DNA from: Planctomycetota bacterium
GTDB lineage: Bacteria; Planctomycetota; B15-G4
Length of the DNA stretch: 64,000 nt
Assembly (NCBI GenBank): GCA_965248575.1
Contig: CBDFJQ010000002.1
Span: 2,583,574-2,647,573, forward strand
Reading direction: 5' to 3'
Under the pieces are notes generated by a model that was given only the letters and a program-made list of their open reading frames with translations, had not been told where the DNA came from and searched no databases. Below, piece after piece: positions 44,660 through 54,764 of the stretch. Position numbers and translations under genes: made by a program. Within the stretch, counting starts at the first letter, position 1, and each line of letters starts with the position of its first letter.

Positions 44660-46951
44660 TCAGCTGTCGTTCAGGACCCCGAGCCGTCGCAGCTGCTCAA
44701 CGACCAGCGGGTCGAAGACCCTCTCCACGGGTGCCGGACCGAGCGGGCGGTGCGCCTGGTTGTATTCGTCAAGCATGCCCTGCAGCCGGCGGACCCACTC
44801 CGGCACCGCCTGCGCGATGTCTTCATGTTCATTCGGGTCTGCGTGGAGGTCGTAGAGCTGCACGGCGTCGGGCCGGTCGGCAGAGCCTGCCACTCGACCG
44901 ACGATGAGTTTCCAACCGTCGTACTGCACGGAATGAGCTTCGCGCCCGTGCTGGGAAACACGCGGAAGAGGCTCATCATTCACTTCGCGTAGGGAGCGCC
45001 CAGGCAGTCCGACGGCCAGCGGGAACTTCAGGGTCTCCAAGATCGTCGGCACCACATCCAGGGTGCTGGCCGGAGCCAGTTGCACCGAGCCGTAGGGTCG
45101 GTCGGGGTATTGAACGATGAGCGGCACGGCGAGCAGTTCGCGATAGAGCGAAGTGCCGTGCTCTACTCGCCCATGCCCGAACAACTCCTCGCCGTGGTCG
45201 GAGGTGATGATCACCACACGATCCCCCGGGGGAACGACGTCGTCCAAGCGTTCCAGAAAGTCCACGAGGTAGTCGTCCAGGCGCGCGACGGCCGCGTCGT
45301 ACAGCCGGTTGACATAAGTCTGGTCGGCGTCGGTTAGCTCCAGCCGACCCGCCTCGTAGGGTTCTATCACCCGTTCACGTGTGACGTCGCGCCCCATGAG
45401 CGGCCCGGCGTAGGGCTGCAGGGGATCTTCGAAGCGTGCGTCCGCCTGCCAGGGGGCGTGCACCAGATACGTCTGCATGAACAGGAACGCAGGGCGGTCG
45501 TCATCACGCTGCTCCAACCAGTCCAGGGACTCGTGCCAACGAGGGCTCTGGAAACCCCTCTCGTCGTAGACATCGAAGCCCTGGTCGAAGCCGAAGGCCG
45601 CGCTGACTGCGCCACCTTCCACCGTCGCGTAGGTGCGGTAGCCCTGCGCGCGAAGCCGGGTGCTCAACAAGGGCGTCGTGGTGCCCAGCACCTGGGGATA
45701 CGCGCGCATGCCGTGCTGCGCCACGCTCTGTCCGCTGAGCAAGGACACTGTGGACGGCAAGGTCTTGTTGGAGGCCGACACGGTGTCCTTGTAGACGGTG
45801 GCGTGGGATGCCGCCCAGTCGTCCAGGCGCGGCGTCGTCCCGCGCCACGAGCCATAGGCCCCCAGGCGATCCGAGCGCAGTCCGTCCACGTTGATGACGA
45901 TGACGTGCGGCTTGCCCGAGGACGGCAACGGGGTCTGCTGGCCGCTCAAGGCGAGATCACTCCAGAAGCCGAAGGGCCAGCTGCCGTCCGTGCTCTCCCC
46001 ACGCTCTGTTTTCAGACGCAGGCTCACACGGCCTGCGGGCAAGGACGACAAGTCCACCACGTCGGACACGAAGCCCTCTTCCGCGCTGACCGTGCGCGTC
46101 CACAGCTCGTAGCGCGAGCCCCCTGACCGGGCGATGACCGAGAAGCGCACGGGCAACTGGTTCCACATCTTCTGCATGACGCGACCACCGTCGTCGCGCT
46201 GATAGACGCGCTCTGCCACGGCCACCACGACGTGCAGGCGCGAGCCGTCCAGGTGCGCGACATCCAGCGCCAGACTCGACGGTGCTGGAACGAGCAACCC
46301 CGAACGGGTCTGCGTCCCCACGGTCATCTTGTGCGCGAGATCCGAGGCGGTCAGCGTGCCTTCATCCAGATGAGCGCTTGCCCCCACCAGCTCGGAGCCC
46401 TGGGTCAGCAGTGCGTGGCCGGGAGCCCAACGACCGATGGCCATGAGCATCGAGTTGACCGTGTCCCACCAGAAGATCAACTCGCCGTCGTCGTCGCGCC
46501 AAAGGTACTCCGCCCCCTCCAGGACCCACGGCTGCAAGCTGCGGCCGGCGTGCCGCAGGGACGGCGCCTCGATGCCCGGTCGGAAGCCCACCGTCGGCAC
46601 GGCACGGAACACCCTGGCATCGGCGGGTAGTTCGAGGCTGTGCCGGAAGGGAGCGGGCAGCGAATCACCGCGGTCCCACTCGTCGGGCCGGACGCGCAGG
46701 ACACCAGGTGCTGAGACGTCGCTGTGCGAAATGGCAATGTCCGCTGGCAGGCCCGTCTCGGGGTAGTTGGTGAGTTCCCAATCCGCCGCCCGATCCAGCA
46801 AGGTCTCCGCCGGGCGCAGCACGACCCCCAACTGCTCAGCGGCCTCGACCTGCTCCGACGGCCCGCAGCCCCACACGCTTCCGAGCACCAGGCCCCAGAG
46901 CAACAACGCCCTGGCCTGGATTGGCACTCGGAGAAGCGGTCGCGTGAACAT
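44660..46951 (-). CDS. Sulfatase-fold protein with Thr nucleophile position (paralog 3) with ~330-aa N-terminal domain
   Basis: The start was placed at MFTRPLLRVPIQARALLLWGLVLGSVWGCG. It has VIVINVDGLRSDRLGAYGS and KTLPSTVSLLSGQ, plus ITSDHGEELFGHG. Confidence 0.7.
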   Translation of the reverse strand: MFTRPLLRVPIQARALLLWGLVLGSVWGCGPSEQVEAAEQLGVVLRPAETLLDRAADWELTNYPETGLPADIAISHSDVSAPGVLRVRPDEWDRGDSLPAPFRHSLELPADARVFRAVPTVGFRPGIEAPSLRHAGRSLQPWVLEGAEYLWRDDDGELIFWWDTVNSMLMAIGRWAPGHALLTQGSELVGASAHLDEGTLTASDLAHKMTVGTQTRSGLLVPAPSSLALDVAHLDGSRLHVVVAVAERVYQRDDGGRVMQKMWNQLPVRFSVIARSGGSRYELWTRTVSAEEGFVSDVVDLSSLPAGRVSLRLKTERGESTDGSWPFGFWSDLALSGQQTPLPSSGKPHVIVINVDGLRSDRLGAYGSWRGTTPRLDDWAASHATVYKDTVSASNKTLPSTVSLLSGQSVAQHGMRAYPQVLGTTTPLLSTRLRAQGYRTYATVEGGAVSAAFGFDQGFDVYDERGFQSPRWHESLDWLEQRDDDRPAFLFMQTYLVHAPWQADARFEDPLQPYAGPLMGRDVTRERVIEPYEAGRLELTDADQTYVNRLYDAAVARLDDYLVDFLERLDDVVPPGDRVVIITSDHGEELFGHGRVEHGTSLYRELLAVPLIVQYPDRPYGSVQLAPASTLDVVPTILETLKFPLAVGLPGRSLREVNDEPLPRVSQHGREAHSVQYDGWKLIVGRVAGSADRPDAVQLYDLHADPNEHEDIAQAVPEWVRRLQGMLDEYNQAHRPLGPAPVERVFDPLVVEQLRRLGVLNDS

Positions 46952-47232
46952 GCGCTCGGGGCCGTCCTGGAGACACGTCGCCCCCGTGGACGGCACCACG
47001 CCGCCCGGGGAACGATCGTCGGAAGAGAGATCTGCCCCATCCGTATCGGCGCTTTGGGCATCCCGACTCATTGCCCGAAACGGCAGAGAAACCCATCAAT
47101 GCGCGCCGTTCAGACGAACAGAGGGTTCTGAGAACGCTTTCGCGACAAGCCGCCCAACGCCGGTCTCAGATCCTCAGCGCCCGCCCCCGGGCTCTCGCCG
47201 GTCTCTCTCGCAGCAAATGCCGGCGACCGACC

Positions 47233-47841
47233 TTAGGCGGGGATCGAGGTCCCACGTAGGCCGTAGGTCACGAATTCGAGCTCGCCAGTCTCACCGGGGC
47301 GGCTCTCGAGCGGCTCGTAGTGGCGCAAGATCCAGGCCTCATCGAACGGGAAGAGAACGTCGTCAGCCTGGACGGGAACGGAAGGGACCCATGTGACGAC
47401 CAGCTTCTCGGGAAGTGGAAGACCGCGGCTTGCATGAGCCGAGCGGGCACCCGCGGGCTGCGAGCCGTCCTCATCGAGGGGCTCCAGCATCTCCCGGAAC
47501 AGCGAGCTGCCCCCCAGGATCCAGAGGTGATCACTGCCGTCGGGCTGCTCCCGAGCCACCCACTGGCAGGCCTCTGGCAGGGAGCCGAAGAGGCGCACGC
47601 CACCATCGTCTCGGCCTTTGGGCCCTGCGTCCGCTGCCTTGCTGCGCGAGATCACGAGGTTCGTCCGCTTGGGCAAGGGCTTGGCGCCGATGGAATCGTA
47701 AGACCCGCGCCCCATGACGACGGTCTGACCCCGGGTGCTGGCCTTGAAGTGCTTGAGGTCTTCGGACCAATGCCAGGGGAGGTCGTTGTTGCGGCCGATG
47801 AGCCGCTCCCTCGTCATGGCGACGATCAGGCTGGCGCTCAC
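47233..47841 (-). CDS. folA: Dihydrofolate reductase
   Basis: 202 aa. The DHFR N-terminal motif is IVAMTRERLIGRNNDLPWH, with GRGSYDS nearby. Its start overlaps the thyA stop. Confidence 0.85.
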   Translation of the reverse strand: MSASLIVAMTRERLIGRNNDLPWHWSEDLKHFKASTRGQTVVMGRGSYDSIGAKPLPKRTNLVISRSKAADAGPKGRDDGGVRLFGSLPEACQWVAREQPDGSDHLWILGGSSLFREMLEPLDEDGSQPAGARSAHASRGLPLPEKLVVTWVPSVPVQADDVLFPFDEAWILRHYEPLESRPGETGELEFVTYGLRGTSIPA

Positions 47842-48677
47842 ACGGCCACCTTGAAGGGGATCGCCGAGTGACTCGCGTAGCCCGTCAGTTCGAAGTCTTC
47901 GAAGGTCAACTGCTCGAAGGGCTTCTTGGCGATGTGCAGGGTGGGCAGGTCCATGGGCTTGCGCGTGAGTTGCTCACGCATGCCTTCGATGTGGCCGTAC
48001 TCAGCCATGCTGCCGTCTGGCTTCGCGCAGTAGATGTGCGCGTCCACGATGGAGTGGGCGAAGCGCCCCACACCCAGCCCCACCTCTTGCGCCAGCATCT
48101 GGGTCAGCGTGGCGTAGGCCGCGAGGTTGAACGGGATGCCCAGCGCCACATCGCCCGAGCGCTGGCTGAGGTGACAGTTCAGCTTGCCGCCCAAGACCTG
48201 AAAGGCGTAGGTGTAGTGGCACGGCGGCAGGCGGCTGCCCCAGGCGTTGCCGGGCTCCCAAGCCGTCACCACCATGCGCCGGCTTTCGGGGTTCTCGCGC
48301 AAGCAGTTGAGCACGTTGGCAATCTGGTCGATCTCCCGCACGTGCCACGCGCCGGACGCGTCCTTGGTGGCGCTGGGGAACTTCCGCCAGTAGTTGCCAT
48401 AGGCCGTCTCGAGCACGCCGTTCTCATCCGCCCAGGCGTCCCAGATCTTGGTGTGCTGCCGAAGGTTGCGGATGTGGTCATCGCCCGAGAGGTACCAGAG
48501 CAACTCACGCAGCACGGACTTCCAGCGCATCTTCTTGGTGGTCAGGAGCGGGAATCCCTGGGCCAGATCCACGCTGTAGTGCGCCGCGAAGGTGGCGATG
48601 GTGTCCACGCCGGTCCGGCTGGACTTGCGCACACCGTGCTCAAGGACGTCTCGGACCAGTTCCAGGTATTCCTTCAT
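47838..48677 (-). CDS. thyA: Thymidylate synthase
   Basis: The start was placed at MKEYLELVRDVLEHG. The active-site Cys is in PPCHYTYAFQV; the full ThyA fold extends to the C-terminal ...IPFKVAV. Confidence 0.9.
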   Translation of the reverse strand: MKEYLELVRDVLEHGVRKSSRTGVDTIATFAAHYSVDLAQGFPLLTTKKMRWKSVLRELLWYLSGDDHIRNLRQHTKIWDAWADENGVLETAYGNYWRKFPSATKDASGAWHVREIDQIANVLNCLRENPESRRMVVTAWEPGNAWGSRLPPCHYTYAFQVLGGKLNCHLSQRSGDVALGIPFNLAAYATLTQMLAQEVGLGVGRFAHSIVDAHIYCAKPDGSMAEYGHIEGMREQLTRKPMDLPTLHIAKKPFEQLTFEDFELTGYASHSAIPFKVAV

Positions 48678-48776
48678 GGTGCAGCCTGTAGTCGGGAGGT
48701 GCTCGGGAGGGGCGCGCGATTCTAGAGGTCCCCGGCCCCGGGGCAAGGCGGCGGCGAGAGTTCCTCGCGAGGTAGC

Positions 48777-50048
48777 ATGGCCGCCCCCATGCAGACGCCT
48801 CCTCCCTCCCCTCCGGCCTCCTCCCCACCCCCGCCGTCCTCAGCCTCGTCAAGCCGCAACGTTCGAAGGCCTGGGCGGGCGGAAGCCGACCAGGTGGCTC
48901 CAGAGCCCCCGGGCGCCGTGGATGACTGGCGCTGGCAACACGCCCATGCGGCCACCTCGCTGGAAGACATCGAGGCTCTCTTTCCAGGGCGTTTCGACCT
49001 CGCGAGCGGGTCCAGCGGACAGATCCAAGGTCTTCAGGGTATCCGGGACGCCATCGCCCTCTACGGCATGCGGGCGACGCCCTACTACCTCTCCCTCGCC
49101 CAGAGCGCCTCGGAACAAGACCCGATCTGGACCCTGGCGGTGCCCTCACCGAGGGAGACGCTGCGGACCCCCGACGAACTCGACGACCCCATCGGAGACG
49201 AGGCCGACGGCCTCCACCCCCACAAGGCCCTGACCCGCCGCTACAAGGACCGGGTGCTGCTGTACCCGACGCCGATCTGTTCGGTCCACTGCCGCCACTG
49301 CTTCCGCAAGCGGTTGGTGGGCAAGGCGGCCCACGCCGTGACGGGCGATGAGCTGAACGTCGCACTCGACTGGATCGCCAACGAACCCGAGCTGCACGAG
49401 GTCATCCTCACGGGCGGCGACCCGCTCACCCTCGGTGACGATCGGCTGCTCGACATCCTCACCCGCCTGGACGCCATGCCCCAAGTGTGGTCCCTGCGAG
49501 TGCACACGCGCATGCCCGTCGTGAACCCGTCCCGAATCACGGAGGACCTCTGCGCGGCGCTCTCTCGACTCAAGACGCCCGTGCTCGTGGTCACCCACGC
49601 GAACCATGCTGTCGAGGTGACGCCGATGCTGACCCGCGCCGTGCGTCGCCTGCGTGCAGCGGGAGTCGATGTGCTGAACCAGGCCGTCCTGCTGCGCGGC
49701 CTCAATGATTCGGCGGACGTGCATCGCGAGCTGCTCTGGGCCCTGCTGCGAGCTGGCGTGCGGCCCTACGCGCTGCATCACGCCGACCTCGTGCCCGGCA
49801 CGAGCCACCTGCGCACAAGCATCGAAACAGGAACGACCCTCATGCGCGCCTTGCGGGGCACCGTGCCCGGCCACGCACTGCCTCGCTACGTACTGGACGT
49901 TCCGGGCGGCCATGGCAAGGTGCCCCTGGACCATCCATGGGTCTCGTCGGAAGGGCCTGACCGTCTGCGCATCGAGGCCCCCGACGGCTCGATCCAGTTC
50001 TACCGTGGCCCGGCTTTGCCCGCGCCCCCCAGCTCGGGCGTGTCCTAA
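48777..50048 (+). CDS. KamA-family radical SAM lysine 2,3-aminomutase-like protein
   Basis: The CxxxCxxC is in CSVHCRHCFRKR, and KamA-type PLP regions follow. The N-terminal Pro/Ser-rich ~50 aa suggests the true start may lie further downstream. Confidence 0.7.
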   Translation: MAAPMQTPPPSPPASSPPPPSSASSSRNVRRPGRAEADQVAPEPPGAVDDWRWQHAHAATSLEDIEALFPGRFDLASGSSGQIQGLQGIRDAIALYGMRATPYYLSLAQSASEQDPIWTLAVPSPRETLRTPDELDDPIGDEADGLHPHKALTRRYKDRVLLYPTPICSVHCRHCFRKRLVGKAAHAVTGDELNVALDWIANEPELHEVILTGGDPLTLGDDRLLDILTRLDAMPQVWSLRVHTRMPVVNPSRITEDLCAALSRLKTPVLVVTHANHAVEVTPMLTRAVRRLRAAGVDVLNQAVLLRGLNDSADVHRELLWALLRAGVRPYALHHADLVPGTSHLRTSIETGTTLMRALRGTVPGHALPRYVLDVPGGHGKVPLDHPWVSSEGPDRLRIEAPDGSIQFYRGPALPAPPSSGVS

Positions 50049-50227
50049 GCGGGCGACGGCCCACACGGCGGCGGATATCCGTTCTATCATGGGCCCCGAA
50101 GTTGGGGATCGCCCGTGACACAGCTCTCGCCTGAAAGACGCGTCGTCTCCGAGGCTACGAGGTGCCCCCTCCCCGTCAGGCTTGGAAGCAGGCACACGAA
50201 CGACCGCGCATCTTGTCGAGCATCACC

Positions 50228-52504
50228 ATGAATCCCCGTCCCATCCGTTTGCTGCTCGCCGTCTTGCTCATGGCGCTCGGCGGCTCTGCCATCGATGCAG
50301 TCCTGAATCTCGGAGACAGCTTCGAAGGTGAGATCTGCAAGGCCAACGAAGTGGACGTGCTGCGCTTCGATGCGCTCCAAACCACCAAGCTGAATCTCGT
50401 GCTCGACGCCCAGCCGCTCTTCACGCCCTTGGTGCAGGTGTTCGACCTGAGCACGGGCCTGACAGTCGGCGAACTCAGCACGACGGGCCCGAGCATCGAG
50501 ATGCTCACCCAGAACCTGCCCAGCACGGGGGCCTACGAGATCCGCATCTCCAGTGCCGATGGCAGCACGGGGACCTACTCCCTCTCCACCGACAAGCGGC
50601 TGCCGGACAGGCTGGTCAAGATCAGCAAGCTCAAGCCGGTGGAAGCAGGTTCGGTCTGGAGCCTGCGCTTCGACGCTCTCGCGGGCTTCATCTTGAACGC
50701 AGAGATCCGCCCGGGCAGCGGCTCCGACGCCATCCCCGCAAACGCGCGCATGTTCGGGCCAGGCGGCCCCGTGTCGCTGACGGGCTTCGTGTTGCCGCAG
50801 GTGAACGCCATCGTCATCCGGGACTTGCCGTTGGGGCTCACCACCCTTGGAGCCTTCACCCTGGTCGCCGACAACATCGGCGGCCCTGGCAGCTTCAAGT
50901 CCTTCCTGAACCTGAAGGAGACCACAAAACCCAAGAGCGTCTCGGAACTGGACAGTTGCAGCACCTTCGGGCCCGAGCAGATCGTCGGCTCGCAGATCTC
51001 CGGAGCTTCCGACGTGGACTCCGGGGACCTCGATGGCGACGGCGACACGGATCTGGTCGTGGCCTCTCCTGTGTTGCGGCGAGTCTTTTGGCATCGCAAC
51101 AAGGATGGCCTGGGAGATTTCTCGAGCGGCATCACCATCCACTCAGGGTTCTCGTTCGACCAACCCTCCGGAGTGCACGTGTCCGACCTGGATGGAGATG
51201 GTGACCGGGACGTCCTGGTGTCCTGGAGGTCCCTGACCGTCACGGCTGGCGCGGTTGGCTGGTTCCAGAACGGAGGAGCCGGCAACTTCGGCTCCAAGCA
51301 GGGCCTGAACTTCCTGGCCAACAAGTGCTACAGCGCCACCTCTGCAGACCTGGACGGCGATGGAGACCGGGACGTCCTGGCGGGAACCCAGGCCTCGTTC
51401 CTTGGTTTCCATCGCGTCGCCTACAACAAGAACGACGGCTTCGGCAACTTCGGCAGCGAGCAGATCGTGACGTCTGACGTGCTCGCCGTGCGTTCGGTGC
51501 ATGCTGCGGACCTGGACGGCGACGGGGATCCTGATGTGCTCTCGGCATCGCTCAACAACGACACCGTCGCCTGGAATCGAAACATCGATGGCTCCGATGC
51601 TTTCGGGCCAAACATCGCCATTGCCACCGATGCCCTCGCGGCGCGTCAAGTCAGCACCGCGGACATCGACCATGACGGAGACCTGGACGTCTTGTCCGCC
51701 TCGTCCATGGACGACACCATCGCCTGGTACGAGAACACGGACGGGCTCGGCAGCTTCGGTCCCAAGCAAGCCATCGACGTGACCGCCAACGGAGCGCGTT
51801 CCGTCGCCACGGCGGACATCGACTCCGACGGGTTCACGGATGTGCTCTCCGCCTCATTCGTCGACGACAGCGTGTCGTGGTACCGGAACACTGATGGCCT
51901 GGGTGGTTTCGCCTCCCGGCAGATCATCACGGCGAACTCGAATGGGGCGCAGGTCGTGCATCCCACCGACATCGACGGGGACCAGGACCCGGACATCGCA
52001 GTGGCCTCGGCCAACGACAACACCCTGTCCTGGTTCGAGAACATCGAGCTGGCCAACAACTTCCTGCTGCTCGTGGGCAGCGGGCCCGGCACGGCGTGGG
52101 CTCAGCAAGATGACCAGCTGCTGGCGACCCAGCTCGACACCGTCCTCGACGTGCTGCCGGTGAAAGAAGGTTTGACCCCGTCCTTCCGGCTGCTGGAGGC
52201 GGTCGGCACGCCGCAAGGTCGGCAAGACAGCGCCTCCACGACCCTCAGCGCGGCCGCCCGCCCCTGGAAGTGGGGCCCGACGTTCACGCTTCAGCTCGTG
52301 AGCATGCCCGACGAGCACGGCACCCGTCCGGCGCTTCATTCTGCGGGCCTCGCCGTGCATCTCCTGCCCGATGGCACCCTCTTCAGCCAGACGTATGGAG
52401 CAGCGCAGGGGCTTCGCCTGCGGGCCGAGATCGAGGTCGACAGCTCGGGGGCACCCTCGTTGAGCTTCCCCTTTGAGCGGCTGGAGCCACCAGCCTCGCC
52501 CTAG
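50228..52504 (+). CDS. Secreted FG-GAP/VCBS-repeat beta-propeller protein
   Basis: The start was placed at MNPRPIRLLLAVLLMALGGSA. At least seven repeats of the type DLDGDGDxDV...W(F/Y)xNxDGxGxFG are present. Confidence 0.75.
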   Translation: MNPRPIRLLLAVLLMALGGSAIDAVLNLGDSFEGEICKANEVDVLRFDALQTTKLNLVLDAQPLFTPLVQVFDLSTGLTVGELSTTGPSIEMLTQNLPSTGAYEIRISSADGSTGTYSLSTDKRLPDRLVKISKLKPVEAGSVWSLRFDALAGFILNAEIRPGSGSDAIPANARMFGPGGPVSLTGFVLPQVNAIVIRDLPLGLTTLGAFTLVADNIGGPGSFKSFLNLKETTKPKSVSELDSCSTFGPEQIVGSQISGASDVDSGDLDGDGDTDLVVASPVLRRVFWHRNKDGLGDFSSGITIHSGFSFDQPSGVHVSDLDGDGDRDVLVSWRSLTVTAGAVGWFQNGGAGNFGSKQGLNFLANKCYSATSADLDGDGDRDVLAGTQASFLGFHRVAYNKNDGFGNFGSEQIVTSDVLAVRSVHAADLDGDGDPDVLSASLNNDTVAWNRNIDGSDAFGPNIAIATDALAARQVSTADIDHDGDLDVLSASSMDDTIAWYENTDGLGSFGPKQAIDVTANGARSVATADIDSDGFTDVLSASFVDDSVSWYRNTDGLGGFASRQIITANSNGAQVVHPTDIDGDQDPDIAVASANDNTLSWFENIELANNFLLLVGSGPGTAWAQQDDQLLATQLDTVLDVLPVKEGLTPSFRLLEAVGTPQGRQDSASTTLSAAARPWKWGPTFTLQLVSMPDEHGTRPALHSAGLAVHLLPDGTLFSQTYGAAQGLRLRAEIEVDSSGAPSLSFPFERLEPPASP

Positions 52505-52675
52505 GCCTGCGCAACTCTTCCGAAAGCGCGGTTCGATCCCCGGCTTGTTCCCGCCGACCCCCACCGGCTAGACTCCTCGCGTCTCTGTTCTGAGGCACGG
52601 AATACGTGCCGCTGTGGCAGATCGGACCCCCCGAGGATCGGCTTTCTTGCCAACCTCAGCGACCGTGAGAGGACG

Positions 52676-53881
52676 ATGAACACGCTCACCCTCCTGCTGG
52701 CCGGAGCGGCTGTCACTACGGGCATCGTTTGGCCCGTGAGCACCCCCGCCAAGGCAATCCACCCTGCTCCCGCAGCGTTCTTCGACGACGAAGAGGGCGA
52801 AAACGGAGAACAAGGGCACGACAAGGCCGCCATCACCCCTGCCGGCCCTCACGTGAAGGCACCGCTCAACGTGAACCTCGAGATCCTCGAGGGCACCTGG
52901 CTGCGGGCTCCCAATGAGGAGTGGTTCGAGGCCCAGGCCGAAACAGACCCCGGCCGATTCGAATATGTCGACGAACTCATCGACATCGAAGGCGACTTCG
53001 AGGGCGGATACCGCGACAACGAGGGCGAGTACGAGCTCCGCTACGACGAAGAAGAGGACGAACTCGCTTACTGGCAACACCTTACGGCTGATCGACTGAC
53101 CTTGGGCCGCCAGGACTATGTCCAGTTCTGTGCCAGTTGCCACGGCTTTGACGGTGCTGGTTACGGCCGCTCCGCCCAGCACCTGCGGCCCCCACCGCGC
53201 AACTTCACGAAGCCCAGCTTCAAGTTCAGCAAGGTGCCCGGCAGCCTGCTTCCAAGCGATGACGCTCTGATCAGCCTTGTGAAGAAGGGCCTCGACGGCA
53301 CGCCGATGCTGCCCTGGGACCTCTCGGATGAGCAGCTCGACGACATCATCCAGTACGTGAAGTCGCTCTCCCCCGAAGACAGCGGCTGGCGCGACATCTA
53401 CTCCGAAGTGGGTGGCGTCGTGACCTCCGACGAGCCGAACCCGTTCGTGGGCCGGGAAGCTGAAGCCATCCGCATGGGTGAGGACATCTACCACGGCAAG
53501 GCCAAGTGCCACAGCTGCCACCCCGGCTACGTGACCAACGAGCGCTTCGCCGAGATCGGCGGTGCCAACGCCGTCCCGCGCGAAGGCCTGACCTACCCCA
53601 TCGCGAAGGTCACCGAGAACTACGACGTGCAGGGCCACCCCATGAAGCTCCTGCCGCCGGACTTCACCTGGCATGACGTGCGTGCTGGCATCAGCGTCGA
53701 GGAGCTGTTCGAGACCATCGGCTCCGGCATCGGCGGCACCGCCATGCCGCAGTGGAAGGGCAGCCTGGACGACGAGGAGATCTGGGCCATGTCCTACTAC
53801 GTCCGGGACCTGATCGAGACCTACAAAGGCAAGACCGCTGATCGCGCCCGGTTCATGGCCGGCCTGCGCCAGGGCAACTAA
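52676..53881 (+). CDS. Diheme c-type cytochrome
   Basis: It has a signal peptide and two CxxCH motifs (CASCH, CHSCH). It lies immediately upstream of coxB. Confidence 0.8.
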   Translation: MNTLTLLLAGAAVTTGIVWPVSTPAKAIHPAPAAFFDDEEGENGEQGHDKAAITPAGPHVKAPLNVNLEILEGTWLRAPNEEWFEAQAETDPGRFEYVDELIDIEGDFEGGYRDNEGEYELRYDEEEDELAYWQHLTADRLTLGRQDYVQFCASCHGFDGAGYGRSAQHLRPPPRNFTKPSFKFSKVPGSLLPSDDALISLVKKGLDGTPMLPWDLSDEQLDDIIQYVKSLSPEDSGWRDIYSEVGGVVTSDEPNPFVGREAEAIRMGEDIYHGKAKCHSCHPGYVTNERFAEIGGANAVPREGLTYPIAKVTENYDVQGHPMKLLPPDFTWHDVRAGISVEELFETIGSGIGGTAMPQWKGSLDDEEIWAMSYYVRDLIETYKGKTADRARFMAGLRQGN

Positions 53882-53899
53882 TAGGGGCACCTGACAGGA

Positions 53900-54757
53900 A
53901 TGAATGCCTTGAGAATCTCTTCCCTGTGGACGAAGGCCAGCGCGCGCTTGCTCGCGGTGCCTGCCGTCCTCTCCCTGTTCTCCGCGGCTGTCAGTGCCCA
54001 GGAGACCGTCATCAATCGCTGGGGGCCGACCGAAGTCGCGTCCACCTTCGGCGAGCAGTTCGACGATCTCTTCTGGATGATCACCACTTTGGTGAGCGTC
54101 AGCTTCGGCCTGGTCTGCATCCTGCTCGCCATCCCGGTCATCAGGGACCGTGCGAAGCCGGGCAAGAAGGCGCACTACGATCACGGCAAAAGCCTGCACG
54201 ACAAGCGCTTCACGGCCATCGTGTCGATCATCGTCTTCGTGGTGCTCGACGCCTGGGTGATGTACATCGCCATGAAGGACCTGCGCGAGGGCTACTGGAA
54301 CATCCCCGCACCAACAGATGCCGACACCTACCGCGTGGAGGTCCTGGGGCAGCAGTGGGCCTGGAACTTCCGGACGCCCGGCGTGGACGGTGAGTTCGGT
54401 ACGGCCGACGACATCCTCACCACCAACTCCCTCACGGTGCCGGTGGACCGTCCCGTCTCCCTCAACTTCACCAGCAAGGACGTCATCCACTCGTTCTTCC
54501 TGCCGGACATGCGCGTGAAGCGCGATGCGAACCCGGGCGCCGTCAACGCTGCCTGGTTCGAGCCGGTCATCGAGGGCGAGTACGACATCCTGTGCGCCGA
54601 GCTGTGTGGCTACGCCCACTACCAGATGCACGGCAAGCTGCAGGTGCTCGGCAAGGATGTGTTCAACGCGTGGGAGCAGGAAGCGAGTTTGCTGGCGCAG
54701 ACTGCTTACGACGAAAACGACTCCGAGGCCCATTGGGCCTGGGAATGGCAGGAGTAA
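53900..54757 (+). CDS. coxB: Cytochrome c oxidase subunit II
   Basis: It has two TM helices. The CuA centre is in HSFFLP...CAELCGYAHYQMHG. Confidence 0.9.
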   Translation: MNALRISSLWTKASARLLAVPAVLSLFSAAVSAQETVINRWGPTEVASTFGEQFDDLFWMITTLVSVSFGLVCILLAIPVIRDRAKPGKKAHYDHGKSLHDKRFTAIVSIIVFVVLDAWVMYIAMKDLREGYWNIPAPTDADTYRVEVLGQQWAWNFRTPGVDGEFGTADDILTTNSLTVPVDRPVSLNFTSKDVIHSFFLPDMRVKRDANPGAVNAAWFEPVIEGEYDILCAELCGYAHYQMHGKLQVLGKDVFNAWEQEASLLAQTAYDENDSEAHWAWEWQE

Positions 54758-54764
54758 CTGATCC

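Noticed and set aside
52521-52560. T-loop-like motif gcgcGGTTCGATCCccggc suggestive of a tRNA 3' half
   Set aside because: The flanking bases do not form a 5-bp T-stem (gcgg versus cccg). No acceptor, D or anticodon arms could be assembled from the upstream 60 nt. It is probably chance or a tRNA remnant at most.
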